A stretch of 64,000 nt of DNA from an uncultured Methanobrevibacter sp. (GCA_902789505.1 CADAOO010000004.1:4659-68658), one strand, 5' to 3'. Shown: positions 30,823 to 40,325, counted from the stretch's first letter. Translations and numbers: made by a program. The notes: generated by a model from the letters alone, not told the origin.

Positions 30823-31302
30823 ATGAAAGGAAGAGACAAGTGTAATTTGCTTAATGAAATCCGGCATAAGATAGCTGAGGATAACAGCATTGAATTTGAA
30901 ACTGAAGAGTGTACTTTTGAAGGGGACTGTACCGGGACCTGTCCGAAATGTGAATCTGAAAGGGAATATTTGGATTCGGAACTCAAGAAAAAGCAGGATG
31001 CCGGTGAGGAAATAAACATCAGAAATATATTCGCATTAAATGAGGATTCAAAAGATTATAACTATGATCCAATTGGGGTAATTGAGAAATTAGCAGAGGA
31101 TTCCGGCGAAGAAAATGATGCACTTTTGGGAAATCTTATTTTTGAAGAAAGACTGACTGGAGATGTTCCGGCACAAACTGATGATGAAGATGATGAACTT
31201 TTGGGAGATCTTATTTTTGAAGAAAGACTGACTGGAGATGTTCCGGCACAAACTGATGATGAAGATGATGAACTTTTGGGAAAGCTTAGTTTTGAAGAAT
31301 GA
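30823..31302 (+). CDS. Cys-rich-leader protein 2 with acidic Gly-centred 25-aa repeats; probable AGA>TGA nonsense at 31300 (full frame to 31413)
   Basis: GRDKCNLLNEIRHKIAEDNSI...ECTFEGDCTGTCPKCESEREYL, then LLGDLIFEERLTGDVPAQTDDEDDE repeats that continue in frame past the TGA. Confidence 0.8.
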   Translation: MKGRDKCNLLNEIRHKIAEDNSIEFETEECTFEGDCTGTCPKCESEREYLDSELKKKQDAGEEINIRNIFALNEDSKDYNYDPIGVIEKLAEDSGEENDALLGNLIFEERLTGDVPAQTDDEDDELLGDLIFEERLTGDVPAQTDDEDDELLGKLSFEE

Positions 31303-31351
31303 CTGACTGGAGATGTTCCGGCACAAATTGATGATGAAGATGATGCACTTT
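31108..31351 (+). repeat. 75-bp tandem repeat, ~3.2 copies
   Basis: GATG(C/A)ACTTT recurs at 31117, 31192, 31267 and 31342. Confidence 0.95.
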
Positions 31352-31396
31352 CAGAAGAAATTAGTATAACTGGAGCTATTCCTCCTTCTTCATTAA

Positions 31397-32707
31397 ATGA
31401 TAAAAATGATTAGCGTTTCAAAGATTTCACGATTAAGAACCTACAGTGACGGTGACGGGGTTTCAACCTTGATTGGCTGCATGGGATGTCCTTTAAGATG
31501 CGCCTATTGTTTCAATCCTTTCAGTTGGGATGAATCCATCAAACCTAAAAGATACACTGTTGATGAATTATACGATGAGGTTAAAAAGGACAATATCTAC
31601 TTTCTAGCCACAGGAGGAGGATTGGTTTTCGGCGGCGGAGAACCGTTGCTCTACCATGATTTTATTAAGGAATTCATTGAAAAATACAGGCCAACTGGCT
31701 GGAAATTCACGCTTGAAACATCCCTCAGTACAAAACAGGAGTGTCTAAAAGATATAATTCCATATATTGATTATTTCATAGTGGATACAAAGGACATGGA
31801 TAAGAACAGATATGAGTTGTATACTAAAGGCGATTATGATTTGTTTTTGTCAAATTTAAAATATCTGCTTGAAAATGTGGGGGCAGATAAAATCAGAGTT
31901 CGCGTTCCTAAAATTCCCAAATTGAATACATTATATGACGTAAGAGTAAATTCTGAAATCCTTAAAGGCATGGGATTTAGGGAAATTGAAGTCTTTAATT
32001 ATATCGAAGTCGATGAATTTGAAAAGATATCAGAAATTGCCTTAAGGAATAAACAGGAATTTGTTGAGCTGATGACTAATAATTTTATAAAGGATTTTAT
32101 CCTCTCGGAAATAGTTTTAAAAGTTACTCCCTTAATAGATTTTCATATTAAATGCTTTCCGGGATATTTATGGAAAAATACAGAGTTCATATTTGAATTC
32201 GATTCCGTTTATGGGGAGAATCTATATGATTTAAAAGAGGCCATCATTTCCAGATTATGTGAATGTTACGATTATTTGGATTTGGAATACTCGTTTTATG
32301 TAATTTTATATCCCGTCGATTCTCTGGTTCATAAATCCTTTGGAAAAGATGAATGTTTCAGGACTGCTGATGTTTTAGAGGGATTCAATCAAAGAGATAG
32401 GGACGACTATCTGTTGAAGCTATGGGAAAAAGATAAGTGGGGCTATCTTGAATTTAAAAACTTTTGTCGGACCACAAATAAATTGAGTGACTATTTTGAT
32501 AATTACACCTATGAACTTGACCCCAAATACATCCTTTCAAATTCCTATGAAGTTTTCCCGCCAGAATCTGAAATCAGGATATTTCTTAATAAATCAGGCG
32601 AAAAATATAATATTGTGGAATATGGAGATGCAACACATGTTCTGGTTCAAAAATTAGACATTAAAATGGAAGTTATTTCTCAAGAAATTAGTATGTTAAA
32701 CAGATAA
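31397..32707 (+). CDS. Radical SAM protein, PFL-activase (glycyl-radical activating)-like, with ~220-aa C-terminal extension
   Basis: DGDG, GCPLRCAYCFNP (CxxxCxxC), GGGLVFGGGEPLL, LETS, VDTK, RVRVPKIP. Confidence 0.88.
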   Translation: MIKMISVSKISRLRTYSDGDGVSTLIGCMGCPLRCAYCFNPFSWDESIKPKRYTVDELYDEVKKDNIYFLATGGGLVFGGGEPLLYHDFIKEFIEKYRPTGWKFTLETSLSTKQECLKDIIPYIDYFIVDTKDMDKNRYELYTKGDYDLFLSNLKYLLENVGADKIRVRVPKIPKLNTLYDVRVNSEILKGMGFREIEVFNYIEVDEFEKISEIALRNKQEFVELMTNNFIKDFILSEIVLKVTPLIDFHIKCFPGYLWKNTEFIFEFDSVYGENLYDLKEAIISRLCECYDYLDLEYSFYVILYPVDSLVHKSFGKDECFRTADVLEGFNQRDRDDYLLKLWEKDKWGYLEFKNFCRTTNKLSDYFDNYTYELDPKYILSNSYEVFPPESEIRIFLNKSGEKYNIVEYGDATHVLVQKLDIKMEVISQEISMLNR

Positions 32708-32708
32708 T

Positions 32709-33610
32709 GTGATTCAAATGTCAAACTACAGAAACGACCTGCTTGAAGCAAAAAGGCAATATAAGGCTAAAAATTATGCAAAATCCTGTAAAATTTACAC
32801 TAGACTGTATAATGAAATTCCCTTTGACAATTCCGCCAAATATTCCTATGCCTGGGCGGTCTATCAAGCAAAAGTCAGAAATTACGCTTCCGAAAGCCAA
32901 TTATTCGAGGATGTTGATTTAATAACAAATCTCACAAAGCAGAATGATTTAAATCGAACCAAGTTATGCGTCTACACAATGAGCGTTTTTAAGGTTTTTA
33001 AGTTGTTGTATCATAATAACGAGTATGAAAGCCTGCCCTACTGGCTGGATAAAATCAACCCTGATTTTCTTGATGAGGTCAGATTTACAAGAGACGGTGA
33101 AATCTATCCTTCAAACAGGGAAAGCTATTACATCTACTCTTCGGTTACCTATTTTAAACTTATGGAATATGAAAAGTGTATCGCCATATCCGCCAAGGCA
33201 CTGAATTCACTTACCAAGTTCACAGCAGACAACGGAATTTGGTTTGAGTGGAGAACGCCAAATCACTAAGGCAAATCGGAGAGTATACAAAGGCTCTGAA
33301 GTACCTGAACAAAATCAGTTTGGATGAATGGTATGTCTATCATGAGATGGCTGAAAACTATTATTTCCTGCAGTTTGAAGATGACAGCCTGAAGTATGCC
33401 CTGAAAGGTGCGCTTAAGGACGATCCGCAGGATATGAAGTACAATCTTTATTCATTACTGGCTTATTTGTTGCATGTTGATTATCGGGATTATGCAGAAA
33501 AGCATGAAATGTTATGTGAGCTGATTCGGCTTGAAAGTGGTGATGGCAAAAAGGAACTGGAAGATGATTTGGTTGAAATTTGGACTGGACTTGAAGATAA
33601 AGTAATATGA
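32709..33610 (+). pseudogene. TPR protein split by a 1-bp frameshift near 33255
   Basis: ORFs 32709-33269 and 33248-33610 join as WFEWR-x-AKSLRQIGEYTKALKY...WYVYHEMAENY. Confidence 0.75.
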
Positions 33611-33658
33611 AAATTTTTTTAAACAATCACAATCAAAGTATTAAACAGGTGCATGTAA

Positions 33659-35578
33659 ATGGGTCTTTTTAGAAAAAATCCTTCTGAGAAAAAACTGAAG
33701 GAATTGACAGGCGGTTTTGTATTAAATAATGAATTCATTAGTCGTTTGAAGGATAACGGCCTGGAGATTCGTGACGGCAGTCTGATTCAAAGCCAGCTTA
33801 AGGATGAAATCAAAGAGGGATTGCCTGCAGATGATGTGGGCATAAGGCTGAATCAGTTAATAGTTGAATATAAAAAGCAAAAGACCGATTCAGTTCTTGA
33901 TAAAACCTGTCCAAGATGCAGCACAAAACAGGAATTTGAAAATACATTCTGCATCAACTGCGGCTATGAGTTTAACCGGACAAAAAACTGTCCAATATGC
34001 GATACATCACAGGAAGATTCCAATATTTTCTGCATCAATTGCGGATACGATTTTGCAAGCAAGAATATCGCAAACACAAAAAAGGAATGTCCAAATTGCC
34101 GCAAGTCCCAATATATCCGGAATAAAACCTGTTCCGATTGCGGTTATGATTTTGAATCTGAAAAATTACCGAACTTGCTTAAAAAATGCCCATCTTGCAA
34201 TCTATTGCAGAAATCAGCCAACATGTTCTGCAGAAACTGCAAGCAGGACCTGCGGGATGTTGACTATGAACCGTGTGAAGAGCTGGTTGAATGCAGTCAT
34301 TGCGGGCGCATGATTCCGGCAAACAAGGATATGTGTCCATTTTGTAAATTTGATTTCAATAAATTTGAACGTGAGAAAATTGAAAAACAGAAAAAAGAAG
34401 AAAAAATCAGATTATTGAATGCTCTTGATACCGAACGTAAGGCCACCTTTCTGGCAAATTACGAATTCAACCTTAAAACCTGTCCTGACTGCAATACTAA
34501 ATTCCTTAAAGCAGACCCGTTCTGCTTCAACTGCGGAGCGAGTGTTCTTACCAAACAGACTGTCAAAAATGATAATCTTGAAGTAAAAGATGGCAAGCTG
34601 GTTGCAAAGGATGAATCAAATCAAAAGGATGAACTGACAGACCTTGAAGCACTATATTCACAGACTGTTCAAAGCAAATACGCCCCGGCATTCAAGGTCG
34701 CTTATGTCCTGTACCTGGAGGAGTTCAGGAAAAATCCCACAAAGAAATTTTCAGACAGGCTTGCAAAACATTACGACACAACTCCTAAAAAGCTCAACAG
34801 GCAGGCTCTTGAAGACGAGTTCATCGAGCCGGCACCACCGTTAAATGTGGCCAAGGATTTTAAGGTGTCCGACTTAAAGGAGATTTTAAAGGAACACAAC
34901 CTTAAGGTTTCAGGCAAAAAGGATGAGCTGATTGAAAGGTTGGGCGAAAACTTGTCCGAAGATGAGCTTAAAAAGTATTTTAAATCAAAAACATATCAGA
35001 TTAGCGATTCTGGACTGGAATTTCTGTCCAAAAACAGTTGCATCCTGTACATCTACAATAGCAAGGACATTTCAAGAGTATTCTATCCGTCTGAAATCGG
35101 AAAGATTTTCGAGGAAAAGCAATACTCTGAAACAGAAATTCAGGATATCATATTGAAATACCTCAAAAGGATATTTGATGAAAAGTTGACACAAGAAAGA
35201 TGGGTTGATTTCAAAATATATGCAAATGCAATCGCCGAAGTCATGGAAGACAAAGGCGAACTTAAGGATGCCCTGAATGTCCGTTTGAAGGTGTTTTTGT
35301 TTGACCTCAACAATTTCTCGATTGTCACCGAAAGGCCGAATCCGAGAAATACAAAACTCAAACAGAAAGACATGTCAAAATTAATGGAACTGATGCATAA
35401 TTTGGCTCTTTCAATCGATGATCTTAAAGAGGAGTTCGGCAGGGCATACAATGAAGTGCTGTTTGAAGTTGAAATCACAAAAGAGGATTCATTAATCTAT
35501 TTGCTTAAAATATTCGGCGGAGAGGATTTGGATAAGATATCCGCGGAAATCAATGAAAGCTATTCTAATCCTCATTGA
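33659..35578 (+). CDS. Multi zinc-ribbon (DZR) + SAP-domain protein
   Basis: Six CxxC-x10-CxxC units. FKVSDLKEILKEHNLKVSGKKDELIERL (SAP). Confidence 0.85.
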   Translation: MGLFRKNPSEKKLKELTGGFVLNNEFISRLKDNGLEIRDGSLIQSQLKDEIKEGLPADDVGIRLNQLIVEYKKQKTDSVLDKTCPRCSTKQEFENTFCINCGYEFNRTKNCPICDTSQEDSNIFCINCGYDFASKNIANTKKECPNCRKSQYIRNKTCSDCGYDFESEKLPNLLKKCPSCNLLQKSANMFCRNCKQDLRDVDYEPCEELVECSHCGRMIPANKDMCPFCKFDFNKFEREKIEKQKKEEKIRLLNALDTERKATFLANYEFNLKTCPDCNTKFLKADPFCFNCGASVLTKQTVKNDNLEVKDGKLVAKDESNQKDELTDLEALYSQTVQSKYAPAFKVAYVLYLEEFRKNPTKKFSDRLAKHYDTTPKKLNRQALEDEFIEPAPPLNVAKDFKVSDLKEILKEHNLKVSGKKDELIERLGENLSEDELKKYFKSKTYQISDSGLEFLSKNSCILYIYNSKDISRVFYPSEIGKIFEEKQYSETEIQDIILKYLKRIFDEKLTQERWVDFKIYANAIAEVMEDKGELKDALNVRLKVFLFDLNNFSIVTERPNPRNTKLKQKDMSKLMELMHNLALSIDDLKEEFGRAYNEVLFEVEITKEDSLIYLLKIFGGEDLDKISAEINESYSNPH

Positions 35579-36554
35579 TTTCAGTGTAATTGTTTTTAAA
35601 GGTATCCAGTATTTCACGCATTTTCTTGTCTTTGGCAGCATCATATCCGCTTTTTAGAATGCTGATGATGGATGCAATCTTGTCTTCGGGACTTAGGATT
35701 GCATTATTTTCAAGCATGATCTGGTCGTATTTCGGAGGATATGTGAAATCCTTTTTGAACTGCTGTTTGATTTCTTCCCTTAAATCATAATCAATGAATT
35801 CCTCTAGAATATGCAGTATGTCATGCGCTATTGTATTTCCCATAACAAGACTGATTGTAATGCTTTTTTGGTCCTTTTCAGGGTCAAATTCCTGTATAAG
35901 AATATTGTTGAATGAACCGTAGTTCTGATAGCCGTGAGGCACGAATCTCCCTTCGCAGGTGTGTGCGCAGTATTCATTTGTAAGCTGTGTCAGCGGGCTT
36001 CCAATCAATGTAAACCATGCAAGGGCTTCAATTGCATCGCTTTTGGATGAACCCCATACATACATCAGTAACTGTTCAAAAATCTCGCTGAACAAATGAT
36101 GTGACAGTTCATGAATCAGTGTGGAAATCTGGCTTGCCTTGTCCAGCCTGTCGTCGACTCTGATGATGTTGAATGAATAGCTTCCAAGCTCTGCGCCGCT
36201 TGACTTGTAGATTATTTTGCTGTAGGCTTCGGCAATGGCTTTTATCTTATCAAGGATGTTCATGTGGCGTTTGTTCACATCTGTGTTTTTATAGTATTCC
36301 TCAAGGTGGTGGTGCCCCATGTTGGCAATGTTTTCAATGACCGTATTGTAGCCCTCAAGGGTTATTTCATCAAGTTTTTTATAGTTTTCTTTTGTGAAAA
36401 TGTCTTCAAAGTTTTCATAGCTTTTAACTTTGAAATGTTCCTTTTTAAAAAGTAGTTCTCCACAGTTTTCACAGTTGTTGTTGTCGTCGCTATTTTCAAA
36501 TCCACATTTAGAACAGAACACCATGCTAATCACATGTAAAGGTATGTTTTTCAT
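35565..36554 (-). CDS. Zinc-ribbon + HExxH (ImmA/IrrE-like) metallopeptidase-domain protein
   Basis: FCSKCG...CENCG. STLIHELSHHL...NEYCAH..EGRF. Paralogue of 62461-63651. Confidence 0.8.
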   Translation of the reverse strand: MKNIPLHVISMVFCSKCGFENSDDNNNCENCGELLFKKEHFKVKSYENFEDIFTKENYKKLDEITLEGYNTVIENIANMGHHHLEEYYKNTDVNKRHMNILDKIKAIAEAYSKIIYKSSGAELGSYSFNIIRVDDRLDKASQISTLIHELSHHLFSEIFEQLLMYVWGSSKSDAIEALAWFTLIGSPLTQLTNEYCAHTCEGRFVPHGYQNYGSFNNILIQEFDPEKDQKSITISLVMGNTIAHDILHILEEFIDYDLREEIKQQFKKDFTYPPKYDQIMLENNAILSPEDKIASIISILKSGYDAAKDKKMREILDTFKNNYTEINED

Positions 36555-36828
36555 CTATAAAATAAATGTATGTTTTGCTATAAACTTTTTTTACGGGATA
36601 ATTGCAATAGAAAATAATTGATTCAAATCACCGTTTGATAAACGTCGGAATATGAAATTACTTTATATCTTAATTAAACAATTTTAAAACTGTTTTAAGC
36701 AATTTTAAGATGCAAGTGGGCACTTACATTCGAAAACATTTATATATGGTCGTTTTAATATTATTAATTAGATAAAATTTGGGGAAAATGTGATTCGCAT
36801 TTTCATTATCTAAAAAGGATTTGTTATC

Positions 36829-37365
36829 ATGAAAAAAATATTATTTGCTTTACTTTTTATATCAATCGCCATCGTTGGCGTAAGTTTTGTCAGCGCTGCT
36901 GATGCGGATGCTGTAAGTTCAGTTGAGCCTGAACTTCAAGCTGACACCCCTAGCTTTGAAAGTCAACCTATCGTATCCAGTGACAGACCTACTTTAAACG
37001 GTCCTTCCATTGTTTCCGGTGACCGTCCTTGGTTTGAAAGTCAATCAACTGTTTCCAGTGAAAGACCTGAGTTTGACGGAACCATTATTGTCCAGTGGGA
37101 TGATCCTATTGTTCCTATCTTCACTCCTCTTGCAGGAGGTCTTGGTGGCGGTGAATACACTCCTTACTACGCTACTTTTGAAGGTGCAATGGGTGGTGGA
37201 GAATACACTCCATTCTATGCTGCTTTTGAAGGTGGTATGGGTGGCGGTGAATACACTCCATTCTATGATGCCTTTGGAGGTGCCATGGGAGGCGGTGAAT
37301 ACACTCCTTACTACGCTACTCTTGGCGGTGCCCTTGGTGGTGGTGGTGGCGAGAGCTTTTACTAG
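36829..37365 (+). CDS. Secreted protein with 13-aa repeats and four GGGEYTP(Y/F)Y 16-aa repeats
   Basis: Signal peptide ending VSA. Repeats evident in translation. Upstream TTTATATA box and downstream hairpin/T-tract. Confidence 0.85.
   Translation: MKKILFALLFISIAIVGVSFVSAADADAVSSVEPELQADTPSFESQPIVSSDRPTLNGPSIVSGDRPWFESQSTVSSERPEFDGTIIVQWDDPIVPIFTPLAGGLGGGEYTPYYATFEGAMGGGEYTPFYAAFEGGMGGGEYTPFYDAFGGAMGGGEYTPYYATLGGALGGGGGESFY
37144..37353 (+). repeat. 48-bp coding tandem repeat (~4.3 copies)
   Basis: GGTGGCGGTGAATACACTCC-like units at 37144, 37192, 37240 and 37288, partial at 37336. Confidence 0.93.
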
Positions 37366-37387
37366 TTCTGATATATTAACTTAAATG

Positions 37388-37430
37388 AATTCCTGAATAA
37401 TTGGAATTCGTTCCTTTTCTCTTTTTATTT
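37388..37430 (+). terminator. Putative terminator (GAATTCC...GGAATTC hairpin + T-rich tract)
   Basis: Directly after the stop codon at 37365. Confidence 0.55.
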
Positions 37431-37530
37431 TATATATTTTCCTTGTTTTTTACAATTAACTCTTGAATGTGTTATTTTCATTATTTTAAATCTGATTTTT
37501 GCATCTGTTCCAGTGTCGTTTTTTACCAAA

Positions 37531-37617
37531 AGATTTATATATGACTTCTTATTAACATTTTATTATCTAAGTATATACAAACTATTATACTGGAATTCGA
37601 ACCATCACCTAAAACCA
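37531..37617 (+). promoter_or_regulatory. TATA-containing promoter/leader element duplicated at 56721-56808
   Basis: TTTATA box and shared core TAACATTTTATTATC (37553-37567), with downstream GAACC.TC.C..AAA similarity. Confidence 0.6.
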
Positions 37618-37662
37618 TGCCATTTTAGTTGAATTATCGAAAAGACCAATTTAAGTGATAAT

Positions 37663-38316
37663 ATGAGAACAATTTCAATAAAAGGAACAGGTAAAGTGAA
37701 AAGGGACCCTGATTTGGTGATCTTTAACATTTCGACAACAGCACAAGCAAATGAGCTTGAAGATAGTGTTGATGCATCAAACAGACTCATCAGCGAATTG
37801 AAAAATGACTTTGAATCAATGGGATTTGAAAGGAATGATTTGAAGACTGTCAATTTCCATACTCGTCCTGTCTATGAGTATTTTGAGGTTGGAGTGGTCA
37901 ATAAGAGGCATGAAAGAAAACTGAAATGTTTTGAAGTCAATCATGATTTGAAAATTGAATTTGATTTGGACAATGAGAAAATCAATGATGTTTTGAACTG
38001 TCTTAAAAACTATAGGGATAATTTGGATTTCAACATGAGGTTTTCTGTAAAAGATAAGGATTCAATGAAAAAGGATGTGATGCTGGATGCAACAAGAAAT
38101 GCAAGATTCAATGCCGAAGTTCTTGCGGAGGCATCATCAGTTGAACTGGGCGATCTGATTAAAATAGAGTACAACTGGGGCGATTTCCATTTCTATTCAA
38201 GGGTCGATTATGATTGCTGTATGGATGATACAAATGACTATTCTCCATATGTGGAGTTCCATCCAGATTCTATCGAAATCACAGACAATGTCTCATTCGT
38301 CTGGGAGATTAAATAG
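37663..38316 (+). CDS. SIMPL (DUF541) domain protein
   Basis: RTISIKGTGKVKRDPD...DATRNARFNAEVLAEASSVELGDLIKIEY...IEITDNVSFVWEI. Confidence 0.88.
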   Translation: MRTISIKGTGKVKRDPDLVIFNISTTAQANELEDSVDASNRLISELKNDFESMGFERNDLKTVNFHTRPVYEYFEVGVVNKRHERKLKCFEVNHDLKIEFDLDNEKINDVLNCLKNYRDNLDFNMRFSVKDKDSMKKDVMLDATRNARFNAEVLAEASSVELGDLIKIEYNWGDFHFYSRVDYDCCMDDTNDYSPYVEFHPDSIEITDNVSFVWEIK

Positions 38317-38346
38317 ATTTAGGAGTTATAAATTGGTGTGATTTAA

Positions 38347-38628
38347 TTGAAAGAATATCCGATTGCCTATGAGGAATACGAGAAAAGGGTAATAGAACTG
38401 TTCCTTAAGGTGTATCCAGATGATAAACGCAAAATAATGATTTCCCGATTAAGTAATTTCTTAAAGAAAGATCCTAATTTCATAAAGGAATTGTACGTGG
38501 ATGACTGTTTTGTGTTTGATAATCCTCAATTGTACGGTGACAACTGCAAAAATGCATTTGATGATTATCATCTGGAATCTGTAGCGGTAAACACTTTGCA
38601 TATGCTTCTTGGAGGCAATTTCGAGTAA
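38347..38628 (+). CDS. Small hypothetical protein, YPMTYKEYEKRV family (copy 1, divergent)
   Basis: YPIAYEEYEKRVIELFL...DCFVFDNPQLYGDNCK. Confidence 0.75.
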   Translation: MKEYPIAYEEYEKRVIELFLKVYPDDKRKIMISRLSNFLKKDPNFIKELYVDDCFVFDNPQLYGDNCKNAFDDYHLESVAVNTLHMLLGGNFE

Positions 38629-38649
38629 ATGGATTGAAAGGAGAATATC

Positions 38650-38928
38650 ATGTTAAATGAAGAGGATTATCCGATGACCTATAAAGACTATGAAAAACGC
38701 GTAATAGAATTATTCCTAGAAGATTATGAAGGTGAAATGCTGGAGCTGATGAAGGATAGAATAGATGATATTTTATCAGAATCTCCCAATTTCCTAGAAC
38801 AATCATACGGATATGATTGTTTTACTTATGACAGTCCACATATCTATGGGGAAACTTGTAAAAAATGTTTTGAAGATAACTTTTTAAAACAAACTCCGGT
38901 TGCAAACTTAAGAATGCTAATCGGATAA
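38650..38928 (+). CDS. Small hypothetical protein, YPMTYKEYEKRV family (copy 2)
   Basis: GGAG RBS. Near-identical to 56891-57169. Confidence 0.85.
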   Translation: MLNEEDYPMTYKDYEKRVIELFLEDYEGEMLELMKDRIDDILSESPNFLEQSYGYDCFTYDSPHIYGETCKKCFEDNFLKQTPVANLRMLIG

Positions 38929-38972
38929 AAATAAGAAAAAATAAGATAAGTATTTGGAAGGAATAATTTAAA

Positions 38973-39158
38973 ATGTCTGATGTTCGTTTAAATCGAATCG
39001 AGTTAACGAGGGAGAGTAAAATGAAAGATGAGAAAATAATCCTTTCTACTGATGACAGTGAAATCAACAAAGCCATAGTGGAACACGAAAAAAGAATGCA
39101 AGAATTTATTGAAAATTTATTAAAAAAATTAGATGAAGAATATGGTAATGAAGAATGA
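38973..39158 (+). CDS. Small hypothetical protein
   Basis: 61 aa or shorter (GGAG RBS before the internal ATG). Charged helix. Confidence 0.45.
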   Translation: MSDVRLNRIELTRESKMKDEKIILSTDDSEINKAIVEHEKRMQEFIENLLKKLDEEYGNEE

Positions 39159-39189
39159 TTAATTATGAATTTTTATAAAATATCTGCGA

Positions 39190-39816
39190 GTGGTTATGAA
39201 GACGCATTTATATAATAAATTTCAGGTGATGAGTATTATGGCTCGATATCATGGTTTGATGAGTGATAATTTTCTTTTTCATCTAATGCAGCTTAAATTA
39301 GACAATTTGTCTGAAATTGAACAAAAAAAGTATCTGCAGGATTTAAAGAATCAAGATGAACAAAGATATTATGAATTTCAAGTATGGCGAAAGGAATATT
39401 TCAAAAGTAAGGCCTATGATAAAATTGTTGAAAAGGTCACCAGTATTGAAAGAACAGCATATGAATTATACTTAAATAATCAATTTAAGGAATCCTATGA
39501 ATGTTATTATGGTATTTTAGTAAATGCAACAGACTTTAAAAAGAAAGATTGGATAAAATCTTTTCGATGGTATGATGAAATTTTATTAAAATGCTTATTT
39601 GACTTTTCAGGGGATTACCAAAGCTTTTTCACAAATCTTTTCAAAATAACCGAGGATAATTATCAGATTTGGGTTGATAAGGCAAAATTTTTTGTTGATA
39701 ATGATTTACATGAAAATGCAGTTGAATGTTGCCGTAAACTTTTAAAATTTAATCCAACAGATGAAAATGTTTTAAAAATTATATCTTTAGTGGAATTAGA
39801 TGATAATGTTAAATAG
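39190..39816 (+). CDS. TPR-like hypothetical protein
   Basis: WVDKAKFF...AVECCRKLLKFNP. N-terminal helix shared with 57249-57626. Confidence 0.65.
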   Translation: MVMKTHLYNKFQVMSIMARYHGLMSDNFLFHLMQLKLDNLSEIEQKKYLQDLKNQDEQRYYEFQVWRKEYFKSKAYDKIVEKVTSIERTAYELYLNNQFKESYECYYGILVNATDFKKKDWIKSFRWYDEILLKCLFDFSGDYQSFFTNLFKITEDNYQIWVDKAKFFVDNDLHENAVECCRKLLKFNPTDENVLKIISLVELDDNVK

Positions 39817-39959
39817 GGTTATCATTCAGGTGTTTCAAAAAATTACTTCAAATTGTAATGATTTAACAAGTAAATTTTATGCCTTTCAAAGATAAGTAAA
39901 ATTATATTTGAGGGACTTAAATAAAGGAAAATAAAAAAATAATATCTAAAAAGGAGAGT

Positions 39960-40247
39960 GTGAAAATTATGGTTAATGAAGAAAATTATCCAATGACTTA
40001 TAAAGAATATGAAAAAAGAGTAATTGAGTTATTTCTTGAAGATTATGAAGGTGAAGCATTAGAATTAATAATGGAACGAGTAGAAGCAGAGATATCTGAT
40101 AAACCCAATTACATTGAAAGTTTTTATGGGCAAGATTGTTTCCGTTATGACCATCCTGAAATTTTCGGAGATTCTTGTAAAAAAAGATTCGAAGATAATC
40201 GATTAAGACAAACACCAGTTGCAAACTTGAGAATGCTTTTGGGATGA
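39960..40247 (+). CDS. Small hypothetical protein, YPMTYKEYEKRV family (copy 3)
   Basis: NEENYPMTYKEYEKRVIELFLEDYEG...QTPVANLRMLLG. Confidence 0.85.
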   Translation: MKIMVNEENYPMTYKEYEKRVIELFLEDYEGEALELIMERVEAEISDKPNYIESFYGQDCFRYDHPEIFGDSCKKRFEDNRLRQTPVANLRMLLG

Positions 40248-40325
40248 TTATAACTTATGTAATCAATATGAAAAACAATAATTGTTATTAACTTGTTAGT
40301 ATAAATATTAAATCAAGGTGATATA

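Noticed and set aside
31300-31302. Selenocysteine readthrough at TGA
   Set aside because: The aligned codon in sister repeats is Arg (AGA), not Cys, so a point change is simpler.
31108-31351. 75-bp repeats as a CRISPR array
   Set aside because: Contiguous in-frame coding repeats without unique spacers, and no cas genes.
37144-37353. 48-bp repeats as CRISPR or an ncRNA array
   Set aside because: Variation is mostly at synonymous codon positions inside a signal-peptide ORF.
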